A DNA stretch of 64,000 nucleotides from a virus (Duplodnaviria > Heunggongvirae > Uroviricota > Caudoviricetes): IMG/VR virus record IMGVR_UViG_3300033463_000048, positions 39,434 to 103,433 of that record; one strand, given 5' to 3'. The notes beneath the pieces were generated by a model that saw only the letters and a program-made list of their open reading frames with translations, did no database searches and had not been told where the DNA came from. This document shows, one piece after another, positions 1 through 8,873 of this stretch (position 1 is its first letter; the number at the start of each line of letters is the position of its first letter). A program made the translations under genes and the position numbers.

Positions 1-1270
1 TCATTTGAATAATATCCAAACAATAAAGAAGTAAGAATCCACCACCAGAACCACGCGCTGGACCGACAATTGTACCTGCGTTCCAACATTCATCTATATT
101 CTTTTGAAGATTTAAGAAGTATGCAGACCATCTTGCATTATTTACTTCAGAAGATTCCCAAGTACGCTGAAGATTGTCCTCTAATTCTCTATATGCTTCT
201 TCATTCTGCAAATCATCGTGCTTTTTAATTCCTTCAATTACCGCATTAACAAGATATTTATCAGAATAATGTGGAGATTCAATAAACTTTTTGAGAGTTG
301 GCATATATTCTACATATTTGTCATACTCATTCTCATACGTATTGATCGCGCGCCACATAAGTTCAGGGATACGCAAGGGTTTACATAAAGAGAAATCTTC
401 ACATTTATCTGCAATTTCTTTTATATTACTATATGCAATATCTAATTGCTCTTTCGTGAGATAAGGGAAGAAAGATTCTAATTCTTCTGTACCCATCATA
501 TAAGTGGTTGCATAGAAGTCATCAACCTCTCTATCACCATTCTGAGCATTCAAATAAGCCTTATGGATAAATCTATCTTCTTTAGACAAATAATGCGAGT
601 CAGTTGTGATAATATATGGAATGTTGTACTTTAAACTAAATTCCAATAACTGCTTATTCACAAGAATCTGCTCTTTGTTGTTACTTGGCTGCATTTCAAA
701 GTAGAAGTTTCCTTCTCCAAAAATCTGTGCCATTTGTCTAATCCAAATATCAATCTTATCCCATAAGGCGGGGTTAGACTGTGCCCTCAAAATCTGAGTG
801 GGAAGACATCCGCCAAGACATGCAGTACTACCTATTACATGTCCTGGGTTTGAACCAATTATATCTATTAAATCTTGATAATATGTTGGCACTCGTCTCA
901 TACTGCGTGATACATATGAACGCATCCACGCGCGAGTTGAGATTTCCATTATCTGTTTTGCGCCTACGAGATCGCGCGCGATAAGAATAAAATGATAATA
1001 TCTATCAACATCTTTATTATAATTATCTGCGTTTAATCCATTACGACAAAGATAAATCTCATTTCCTCTTAATGCTTTAATTTGAGGGAAGTCCTTTGCT
1101 ATTTGTTCAATTTTAATCCAAGAAGAAACTGTTTCGTGGTCAGTAAAAGCCAAGACAGAATGATCCAACTCAACTGCCTTCTTAAATGCGTCTTTTACTT
1201 TGATAATACAATCACGGAGACGAAGATTTGAATACTCTGTGTGACCGTGAAGACTACCTGGATATATCAT
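1..1270 (-). CDS. dnaE: DNA polymerase III alpha-like (DnaE-type) N-terminal PHP domain; gene continues beyond window start
   Basis: Minus-strand ATG at 1268-1270 preceded by an RBS. Translation begins MIYPGSLHGHTEYS...LAFTDHE (PHP metal-binding motifs) and later contains GPARGSGGGFLLLY, which resembles the DnaE motif GPGRGSAAGS. The reading frame runs off position 1. Confidence 0.7.
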   Translation of the reverse strand, partial: MIYPGSLHGHTEYSNLRLRDCIIKVKDAFKKAVELDHSVLAFTDHETVSSWIKIEQIAKDFPQIKALRGNEIYLCRNGLNADNYNKDVDRYYHFILIARDLVGAKQIMEISTRAWMRSYVSRSMRRVPTYYQDLIDIIGSNPGHVIGSTACLGGCLPTQILRAQSNPALWDKIDIWIRQMAQIFGEGNFYFEMQPSNNKEQILVNKQLLEFSLKYNIPYIITTDSHYLSKEDRFIHKAYLNAQNGDREVDDFYATTYMMGTEELESFFPYLTKEQLDIAYSNIKEIADKCEDFSLCKPLRIPELMWRAINTYENEYDKYVEYMPTLKKFIESPHYSDKYLVNAVIEGIKKHDDLQNEEAYRELEDNLQRTWESSEVNNARWSAYFLNLQKNIDECWNAGTIVGPARGSGGGFLLLYCLDIIQM

Positions 1271-1297
1271 AAAATTTCTCCTTTTTACCTATTTTCT

Positions 1298-1336
1298 ATA
1301 ATAATTATACTATAATTTTGTAATTTTTTCAAGTTT
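1298..1336 (-). promoter_or_regulatory. conserved promoter-family member (minus orientation) upstream of dnaE-like gene
   Basis: Plus coordinates attata 1304-09 and tttcaa 1327-32; minus strand reads TTGAAA-17-TATAAT. Confidence 0.6.
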
Positions 1337-3095
1337 AAAAATCAAGAATACTGTCTGTAATTTCAAAGTTATCAACCATAATCTGCGCGCTTATCTTTCC
1401 GCACCATTCATTTAAGTTGGCGCGACCAATAAGTGTTATGGTCATTTTATCATATTTTTTAAACTCATCAATTCTTTTACATTTAAAGAACATATATGAC
1501 ACACCATTAACTGTAATTTTAACTGTATCATTTGTCTTACCCATAATTTGAATTGCAGATTTAGGAATATCTCTTAAAGTAACTTTAATAATTGGTTGGG
1601 GATTACCTTGTCCCCAAATATAATCGGTACTTCCAATTTCTTTAATAAGTTTTTCTATATCTTGATCAGTACCTTCTCTTTCAAAGTTAATATCATAGCA
1701 ACTTTCGGTAAAATTTAAATGTGAAAGTTCTTTATTAGCAAAATCGTGTAGGGCGCGAAGCTTTGAGTTTGGAATTGAAACTCCAAAAGCTTGATCGTGT
1801 CCTTCAGCATATTCCATTAATCCACTATTTAAAAGAAAACGTCTAAAGTCCTTTAACTCACTCTGACTTACTCCTCGCGCGCTACCGCGGATATAACCTT
1901 CATCATTAAGTCGTGCAACAATAGTTGGGCGCTTATGCTTGTCTGCAAGGCGCATTGCGATAAGTCCATTCAACTCTGAAGGAAATATATCTTCATCCTC
2001 AAGTCTAATAAAAAGAATTTGATTAGAAAGCAAATCATTTTTTGCAATCTTCATTTCCATTCTTTCACAAACATCGTCTCTAATCTTATTTTGATGGTCT
2101 CTATTATTACCACATTCACGTGCGGCTTCATTGGCAATTGTATCCATTTCACCTTTATGTCCTCGCTTTTCGCTAGGAATTAATTGATTACCATCCAAGA
2201 AAGCTTTAACCATCTTTTCTTTAGATGCTTGTGAACCAACTCTAATTGTAGCATTTACAAGAGGAACCAAATAAAATGCAACTGAAATTGGGTTTAGTTT
2301 ATCACAAATATCTTCAAAACTTGCACCAACCTTGCCACTAATTGAATAACCTTGTTTTTCAATTAAGGTTCTAAAAAATACGTTTTTGATATTTTCAGCC
2401 TTAAGACCAATTCTGATAATATATGCGTTCTCTGGTTCAACTACACTACCCATATCACCAATTATACCGAAGGCCGCGAGATCAATATAGTCAAATGCAT
2501 ATGATACATTCAAAAGTCTGTCTATATATCGACAAAATTGAAATACTACTCCAGCACCGGTAAGTTGCTTATTAGGATAATTCGGAGAGGTTTGATTATT
2601 AATAATAATTGCATTATCACTAAGCTGACTTCCATCAGAAAGTTCATGATGGTCAAGGACCAGGCAAGGAGCTACTTCCTTAAGTCGTTCGTGATAGATA
2701 TAATCATTAGTAGAACTATCGGGAAGAATAATTAAATCATATTCATCGTCACTATCTAAGATCTGCTGACAAATATCCTCAAGTCCGTGTTGTTTCCCGG
2801 AATGAATATATACGGTAATTATTTTTTCAGGATTTATTTTCTTAGTATATCCATAAGCAATTGCGGCTGAAGTAAATCCATCATTATCACTATCTACCAC
2901 CAAGGCAAAAGGTTTATTGCTGTTCACCTTACTTACATATAACTCCGCGCCTTCTTTAATATTTTTTAACTTACAGGGGTCTGATAGTTGATCGGGATAT
3001 GGATAAAGTACAGACCCTACATCCAACCCACGGGCGTGGAGTAAATTATTTAAGTAATCTGATTGAAAATTTTCATTTACTAACTTACACTTCAT
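1335..3095 (-). CDS. recJ: RecJ-like DHH-family ssDNA exonuclease
   Basis: DHH phosphoesterase motifs VVDSDNDGFTSAA and LVLDHH; GGH-like region; 586 aa. Confidence 0.65.
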   Translation of the reverse strand: MKCKLVNENFQSDYLNNLLHARGLDVGSVLYPYPDQLSDPCKLKNIKEGAELYVSKVNSNKPFALVVDSDNDGFTSAAIAYGYTKKINPEKIITVYIHSGKQHGLEDICQQILDSDDEYDLIILPDSSTNDYIYHERLKEVAPCLVLDHHELSDGSQLSDNAIIINNQTSPNYPNKQLTGAGVVFQFCRYIDRLLNVSYAFDYIDLAAFGIIGDMGSVVEPENAYIIRIGLKAENIKNVFFRTLIEKQGYSISGKVGASFEDICDKLNPISVAFYLVPLVNATIRVGSQASKEKMVKAFLDGNQLIPSEKRGHKGEMDTIANEAARECGNNRDHQNKIRDDVCERMEMKIAKNDLLSNQILFIRLEDEDIFPSELNGLIAMRLADKHKRPTIVARLNDEGYIRGSARGVSQSELKDFRRFLLNSGLMEYAEGHDQAFGVSIPNSKLRALHDFANKELSHLNFTESCYDINFEREGTDQDIEKLIKEIGSTDYIWGQGNPQPIIKVTLRDIPKSAIQIMGKTNDTVKITVNGVSYMFFKCKRIDEFKKYDKMTITLIGRANLNEWCGKISAQIMVDNFEITDSILDF

Positions 3096-4144
3096 TTAAT
3101 TTTTACCCTTTTCTCTAAAAGTTTTTCAAAAATTTCTTCTCCCTTGTCACAAGGAGAATCTTTAAGTTCGGTCAAACTATTCATATCATATATAAAACTC
3201 ATTTGACCATAGTTTTTATATTTATTACAAAACTCTTTTAACTTATTAAAATATTTTTCGCTTCTTCCAATTTCTTCATTATCATAACAGATAATAATTT
3301 CTCTTGGATGACAAGTTTTTACTAATAGTTTCATTTGAAACTTATTTAAGCTACTACCACATGTTGCAACTGCGCAGTTGGGACGAGAAAAACTATCTAA
3401 TTTAAGAACGCTTTTTTCACCCTCAAATAGAAGAGCATATCCTTCTCGTTTTATATTTTCTTTATTGATATTAAGTCCATATAAATTTAAACCAAGAGGA
3501 TGCGCATACCATTTGCCTTCTATACAAACTGGCATATATTTACCAAATTCTTTTGCTTCTTCTTCATTAAGTGCGCGACCACGGATTCCAACCAATTTAC
3601 CATTCACATCATAATGTGGAATAATAATCTTATTTCTACTAATAGAATAAGATATGTTAAACCTATCCATCGCTTCCTTTGTAATTCCCTCATTTAACCA
3701 TTCGGGCGCATAGAATTTAGTAAAACATTCTAATATACAAGGATCATAAGTTGTAAGTTCAGGAACATCTTCAAACTTATATTTATCACGCACACTATTA
3801 TATTTTTCAACTGCAAAGTCATTACCTAAACTATATTTACTACAATCTAAAATTACTTGATAGATATCTTGAAACCAATCATAATCAATATCGCGCGTTT
3901 CATAAAATCGCTTTAAGAAAGTAAAGATAGAAAAACTATCGGAACAATCTGTATAACAATGAAATATATGATTGTTTTTATAATAATATAATTTCCACGA
4001 TGCAGTTTCTATATTTGCATTATGACATACAGTAGGCATAATGAGGGCTTCATCTGTTTCTTTGAAAGGTATGCCCATTCTTTCTAATAATTTCTTTATA
4101 CTTTCAACGTCTAAGTTATCTGTAATTTCTTGATAATTAATCAT
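3092..4144 (-). CDS. dnaG: DNA primase (DnaG-like zinc-binding plus TOPRIM)
   Basis: Cys/His cluster CHNANIE...HCYTDC near the N-terminus; acidic TOPRIM-like motifs LLFEGEKS and CYDNEE; overlaps helicase gene in operon. Confidence 0.6.
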   Translation of the reverse strand: MINYQEITDNLDVESIKKLLERMGIPFKETDEALIMPTVCHNANIETASWKLYYYKNNHIFHCYTDCSDSFSIFTFLKRFYETRDIDYDWFQDIYQVILDCSKYSLGNDFAVEKYNSVRDKYKFEDVPELTTYDPCILECFTKFYAPEWLNEGITKEAMDRFNISYSISRNKIIIPHYDVNGKLVGIRGRALNEEEAKEFGKYMPVCIEGKWYAHPLGLNLYGLNINKENIKREGYALLFEGEKSVLKLDSFSRPNCAVATCGSSLNKFQMKLLVKTCHPREIIICYDNEEIGRSEKYFNKLKEFCNKYKNYGQMSFIYDMNSLTELKDSPCDKGEEIFEKLLEKRVKIK

Positions 4145-5703
4145 TTCTCACCATTTAACTCTTTCGTCATCTGTGTTATTTCTGCAAATTCTTCGTCGTC
4201 CCAATTATATACTTCATAAGCGTTTTGTGTAAAGAAATTCTCAATTGGATCAAGTCGAGAGTCAGTTATAAACAAATCAACTTTCTTTAATCTTGCTAAA
4301 TCCACAATAGACCAAATTCTAACTTGTGTCCATTTACCACTTCTAACTTTAAATATATCTGTTACACAGTTTGGCATACCATATTTTTCTATTGTTGGCT
4401 TTAAAATCTCAAGTTCTTCTTTTGTTGGACGCGCCATAATTGCACCATTATCTGCTTTATTAATTGTGCTACGACCACCTGCCAAACTTGCTTCATTTCT
4501 TATATTTTTATTATCATCTGCATTTGCATTAACCTGAGTTGAAGTAAACATCGCAACATTTAATTCAACCGCCAAATCTTTAAGCGCAGTAGAAAACATC
4601 AACAAAACTTCGTCATTTCTCAAACTAAATCCTTGGAACTCACGCAACAGACTTGGGCCAATGAAGATATAATCATAGAACACATATCCAATATTTTTAG
4701 TTAAACAATTCTCTCTTACAATCAATTTAACCGATTCAATTGTTGGATTCGGCATTTTTACCAATACAAAATTATCCTTAAATCTTTCTACAATTCTCTG
4801 TGCCTTTTCGATTAATTCCATTTCTGCTTTCGTGAAATGTCCATAATCAAAACGACTATCATCAATATCAGTTAAATATGCAAGAACCATCCGTCTAACT
4901 TGCTTAAATGTCTGCTCAGTTACAATAAACAGAACTTTCTCACTACTACCGCGCTGCTCCCATTTTCTATTATTTGAGTTATATCTAATAGGATATGCTA
5001 AATAACATGCATCTGCTACTGCTTGACGCGTCTTACCCACGCCAGATGAACCTGATCTAATAGTCAATGCACCAGGCTGTGCGCCACCAATAACCTCATT
5101 ATAGATAGATCCTTGGATGGGGAGACCGATAGTAACTTCATTATTCAATTCATCAAGGAAGCCAGTAAAATCGTCTGCCAAATTTTCAACCTTGACTTCT
5201 TCTGATTGTGCATATTTATTCTCTAAATGGAGAACTTTTTTCTTTACAGTATCACAAATTTCTTGAGTTGTTAAACTCTCAAACCGCGCATTAATCTGTT
5301 CTGCCTTTGGATTTGTAAAGTCATCACAATAAAATTCTGATACATCAAAACCTTGTTTATTTAAATCGCGCAAAAGATTTATTTTCTTTAATCTTCCATA
5401 ATAATATGGAAACAAATCAACAGAACTTAATTCAATTATATCATTTAAATATTCAATTCCATTCTGTTGAGAAAATACAGTCTTTGCCATATCATTGACT
5501 TCAAGATAATTCTCAATATCAATAGGATTTATGGTGTTCGCGCCTTGTGAGTGAAGACCTACAATTGCAGTGAATATGTACTTTTCAAATTTTGTAGAGA
5601 AATCGGATACTGTCAGAGCATATTTATCAACTTCACTTAAAAGTTGTGCTCTCTTCATAAGACAACCCAATACTTGCTGGATAGTAGTCTTATCAGCAAC
5701 CAT
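4141..5703 (-). CDS. dnaB: DnaB-family replicative DNA helicase
   Basis: RecA-like core with Walker A GAQPGALTIRSGSSGVGKT and DnaB-like N-terminal domain; 520 aa. Confidence 0.7.
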   Translation of the reverse strand: MVADKTTIQQVLGCLMKRAQLLSEVDKYALTVSDFSTKFEKYIFTAIVGLHSQGANTINPIDIENYLEVNDMAKTVFSQQNGIEYLNDIIELSSVDLFPYYYGRLKKINLLRDLNKQGFDVSEFYCDDFTNPKAEQINARFESLTTQEICDTVKKKVLHLENKYAQSEEVKVENLADDFTGFLDELNNEVTIGLPIQGSIYNEVIGGAQPGALTIRSGSSGVGKTRQAVADACYLAYPIRYNSNNRKWEQRGSSEKVLFIVTEQTFKQVRRMVLAYLTDIDDSRFDYGHFTKAEMELIEKAQRIVERFKDNFVLVKMPNPTIESVKLIVRENCLTKNIGYVFYDYIFIGPSLLREFQGFSLRNDEVLLMFSTALKDLAVELNVAMFTSTQVNANADDNKNIRNEASLAGGRSTINKADNGAIMARPTKEELEILKPTIEKYGMPNCVTDIFKVRSGKWTQVRIWSIVDLARLKKVDLFITDSRLDPIENFFTQNAYEVYNWDDEEFAEITQMTKELNGEK

Positions 5704-5704
5704 A

Positions 5705-6253
5705 TTATTCCTCCTCTTCTATCTCATCAAAATTAAAAGCTTTAACTTGTCTTAATCTTTTTGACCGTTGAACAGATTGTACATCGCGCGCGAAACGTTG
5801 TTTCAACTGCTCTTCAATCTTCTGGCAAATACCAACTTCACGCTGTTCAAGACGCGCCCAATATTCGCATCCTTCCGTATAAATATATGGGATAATTCCA
5901 ATTCCACCTTCAGACTTATCTTTGTCTCCTTTTTTTACATCATAAAAATATCGAAGACAAAAATAAATTCCCTTCGCTGTCATTTTCTTTTTTAAAAAAT
6001 TATCCCATTGAGATTTCATTTTTAAGAAATCAACTACAATTTTTTGATCCTTCATTAAGAAATCCCAACTTGCTTGGAACCATAACTCATCATCCATTTC
6101 TGCTTCAATTGATTTTGCTTTTCGTCCAAAATTCTCATAGCATTTTAGATGATAATACCAATTAGTTGATGGCATAACCCAATCTTTTTCCTTATCGGTA
6201 TCAAATTGTTCTTTACAAATTCGACATTTTACTATATGCATATGATTCACCAA
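5705..6253 (-). CDS. hypothetical protein with N-terminal CxxC...HxxC zinc-finger
   Basis: ORF with HIVKCRICKEQF...YHLKCY; own promoter motif upstream. Confidence 0.4.
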   Translation of the reverse strand: MVNHMHIVKCRICKEQFDTDKEKDWVMPSTNWYYHLKCYENFGRKAKSIEAEMDDELWFQASWDFLMKDQKIVVDFLKMKSQWDNFLKKKMTAKGIYFCLRYFYDVKKGDKDKSEGGIGIIPYIYTEGCEYWARLEQREVGICQKIEEQLKQRFARDVQSVQRSKRLRQVKAFNFDEIEEEE

Positions 6254-6277
6254 CTTTTTTTAAAGATTTTTATTTCT

Positions 6278-6343
6278 ATAATAATTATACACTAATTTTG
6301 CAAAAAAATCAAATTTAGGGTGCCGCACTCAGTACGGCACCCT
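6278..6343 (-). promoter_or_regulatory. terminator hairpin (agggtgccg...cggcaccct) immediately followed by conserved promoter (TTGATT-17-TATAAT) on minus strand
   Basis: Hairpin 6317-6343; plus coordinates aatcaa 6307-12, attata 6284-89. Confidence 0.65.
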
Positions 6344-6354
6344 TGGGTTGGTTA

Positions 6355-7341
6355 TTACTTAAGCATATTTTCCATTTCCATTACTGCGAGTTCAAGCACT
6401 TCTGCCTGATCTTCAGTAACTTCAGAAAGTTTAATTTTGCGCCCGAAGGTAATCTCAAGTTTCTTCAGAATACGTTCAGCAATTTCTTTCTTCTCTTCTT
6501 CTGTAGAACCCTTCTCAAGATTTTTTGCCCATAGTTCGCCAGCATAAGATTTAAGCTCATTAAAGTCAATTTCTTTAACTTCACGCTCAATTTTATCGAC
6601 GATTGTAGCATTATTATTAGTGCCTTCTGCTTCGATTGCTTTTACAAGATTATCTAAAACCGCTTGATAAGAGAATTCAATCTTAGGCGGAAAATAAGTA
6701 AATCTGTTTCCTGCTCTAACAGTAGGAGTTTCGCGCGTATAAAGCATACGGTGAGAAATTCCGTTTTCATCAAACTCCATTACGCCAATTCCAATTATAT
6801 CAACTAATCTGTTGATTACATTGAAGGCGCGCTTATCAAGTTTTGGTTGAATACGCACAACAGTTTTATCTGTATCAACCTCAATTTCTTTTTCTTCAGT
6901 ATGGCAAGCAAAAACCATACCATATCCAAGATTTGCTATTGAAAGAATAGTTTTCTGAAATTCCGCTTCGTAAAGCGCGTATGCTTTACCATAAGGTAAA
7001 TCACCAAGTGATTGAACACTATTCTGTGAACATACAAAATCCTGGCAAAGAGTTGCGGCTAAGTCAATCGTATCAAAACAGATAGTATGGAATTTCTCTC
7101 TAACCTTAGGGTCTTTAAGCTGCTTTACTATCTGTTTGACTTCACTCCAAGTAGTAACCGTTTGTGCATAAACCCCGGCATGGGCGTTAAGTCCGGGTTC
7201 AAAAGAAAGAATTAACGCCCCAGGGATGTTACACATAAAAGTTGTCTTACCATATTTATAAGGTGCGGCAAGAAGGATATACTTATTGGATAGGTCCCGT
7301 GTAATTACGGTAGGCTCGAGAGCCAATAAATCTATTGCCAT
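6355..7341 (-). CDS. P-loop ATPase (AAA_24/Sak4-like recombination-associated ATPase)
   Basis: Walker A LLAAPYKYGKTTF near the N-terminus; Walker B-like ICFDTID; located with replication genes. Confidence 0.5.
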   Translation of the reverse strand: MAIDLLALEPTVITRDLSNKYILLAAPYKYGKTTFMCNIPGALILSFEPGLNAHAGVYAQTVTTWSEVKQIVKQLKDPKVREKFHTICFDTIDLAATLCQDFVCSQNSVQSLGDLPYGKAYALYEAEFQKTILSIANLGYGMVFACHTEEKEIEVDTDKTVVRIQPKLDKRAFNVINRLVDIIGIGVMEFDENGISHRMLYTRETPTVRAGNRFTYFPPKIEFSYQAVLDNLVKAIEAEGTNNNATIVDKIEREVKEIDFNELKSYAGELWAKNLEKGSTEEEKKEIAERILKKLEITFGRKIKLSEVTEDQAEVLELAVMEMENMLK

Positions 7342-7360
7342 ATTGTCCCCTCCTTAGGAA

Positions 7361-8284
7361 TTAAAATCCTAAACTAGCGAGGTCAATACCCTTTCCTTTA
7401 GACGAAGTAGTATTAGCACTTGCATTAGTCTTAGTTTCTGCCTGAGACTTCAACTTAGCAAGACGTGCCTTTCTTAATTCTCCACCGCGCAAAATCTCTG
7501 CATCAGAGAACTCATAATCGCCATCCTTTGGAGGCCATCCAGCACGAAGAACCAACTCACTTACATTTCTTGTACGAGTTGTGTACATCGTCTCGTCACC
7601 AAATCCTGCGCCTTCAATTTCCTTAGTTTCTGTGATACTTGAGAAGTTAAGTACACCCATTGTATCAACGGTAGAACCAGGAGTCCAGTTGTCCTGAATA
7701 AATGCAATAGCCTTATCATTAGCTACAACAAAATCCATTACATCTGCGCTCTCATCATACTTAATCAAGATACCTTTAACCACAAGACGACCAGTAGGCT
7801 CATCGTTCTTAATTTCTTCTGAAATGCTCTGTACATACATAGGAGCAATAGAGAACTTAGCAGTCATCTTAGTATCCTTGTTAGGAGTGATGATGTTAAT
7901 AAAACTTGCTGTGACACGTGGGAAAGATACAAGAGCATCACCCTTATAATACTCATTCATCTCAAGTCGCGCACCACTGATATTAACCCATGTTGCCTTC
8001 TCAATACCAACCGATGCGATAGACTGGATCTTATCAATAACTTCATTAAGAGAAGCATAAATCTTATTAGGAGTTTTATCCTTCTTAAACTCCGGCTGGA
8101 ATACAGATACCGGAATCTCAAGAACGGTAGGATCTTCATCTGCGCTATAAAGCGCCTGTTCTACTCTAATCTTAAGAGTACCTCTAATGCAGTTGTTAGT
8201 TACGCCATCTTTTACATATGATGCTTTTTCCAAATCATTTTCGCTTACGATACCACAAATTGTTACGTCAATTACACTCTTCAT
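7361..8284 (-). CDS. hypothetical protein, possible phage SSB-like DNA-binding protein
   Basis: 307 aa; C-terminal tail GIDLASLGF ends in an aromatic residue, as in the interaction tails of some phage SSBs; position between ATPase and topoisomerase genes; weak. Confidence 0.3.
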   Translation of the reverse strand: MKSVIDVTICGIVSENDLEKASYVKDGVTNNCIRGTLKIRVEQALYSADEDPTVLEIPVSVFQPEFKKDKTPNKIYASLNEVIDKIQSIASVGIEKATWVNISGARLEMNEYYKGDALVSFPRVTASFINIITPNKDTKMTAKFSIAPMYVQSISEEIKNDEPTGRLVVKGILIKYDESADVMDFVVANDKAIAFIQDNWTPGSTVDTMGVLNFSSITETKEIEGAGFGDETMYTTRTRNVSELVLRAGWPPKDGDYEFSDAEILRGGELRKARLAKLKSQAETKTNASANTTSSKGKGIDLASLGF

Positions 8285-8320
8285 TTTTTAAATTCCTCTT
8301 TTTCATTTCATTTCTTTTTC

Positions 8321-8357
8321 GTAGAAAATGGGCGGGGCTTATTTCATCCCCGCCCGG
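8321..8357 (-). terminator. rho-independent terminator (minus strand)
   Basis: gggcgggg-cttatttcat-ccccgccc with T-run on minus strand. Confidence 0.8.
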
Positions 8358-8385
8358 TGTTCTTTGGACTAACCTCTATTTTTAA

Positions 8386-8641
8386 TTACTCTTCAGCATC
8401 GAGGTCAAGATCCTTACCAGCGTCAGTAAGGAATACATACTTAACAGGCTTGTCCTCACCCTCAACAGTAACCTTCTCATAGTCTACAAGACCCTTAGCC
8501 TTAGGTCCCTTTGTGCCAAGACCAGTGATAACAGGATTAAGCTGCTTTGCTTCCTTGCCAAGTGCATTGCACAACTCAGTAAACTCTACTCTACCATTGT
8601 CCTTAAGATACTTGATTACGTCTTTCTGATTGTTTGTCATT
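8386..8641 (-). CDS. small winged-helix-like protein (start probably MTNNQK at 8641)
   Basis: RBS ggagaaacaaacaaATG; tandem upstream promoters; acidic C-terminus. Confidence 0.4.
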
Positions 8642-8704
8642 TGTTTGTTTCTCCTAAACATTTTTAATATTGTAATTTTGTTATGAAAGTTCTTTCAACT
8701 TTCT

Positions 8705-8862
8705 AAATAAATTATACCAAAGTTTTTAGAAAAAATCAAATTTTAAATCTCAATTCTTATAAAATTTTTAAGGCTTTTCTAAACCGTGCAAATAGATTTA
8801 AAAATTTTTTCTTTCTTTCACTTTCTAACTATATTATACATAAATTTTGTATAATATTCAAA
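8705..8862 (-). promoter_or_regulatory. two tandem conserved promoters (minus orientation) upstream of 8386..8641 gene
   Basis: attata 8711-16 / aatcaa 8734-39 and attata 8833-38 / attcaa 8856-61 (plus coordinates); both 17-bp spacers. Confidence 0.55.
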
Positions 8863-8873
8863 TTTTATAAACG

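Noticed and set aside
781-984. 67-aa plus-strand ORF
   Set aside because: It lies entirely inside the minus-strand DnaE-like coding region and has no RBS. It is a spurious antisense ORF. The same applies to 2538..2735, 3378..3614, 3500..3697, 5570..5755, 5768..5995, 6343..6534, 7957..8139, 9253..9462, 9805..10077, 10125..10358, 10516..10764, 12251..12457, 12761..13051, 12786..13067, 14066..14275, 14982..15185, 16629..16859, 16678..16935 and similar.
7361-8284. Confident SSB call
   Set aside because: Only the context and a C-terminal aromatic tail support it. No OB-fold motif could be verified by eye. Kept at low confidence.
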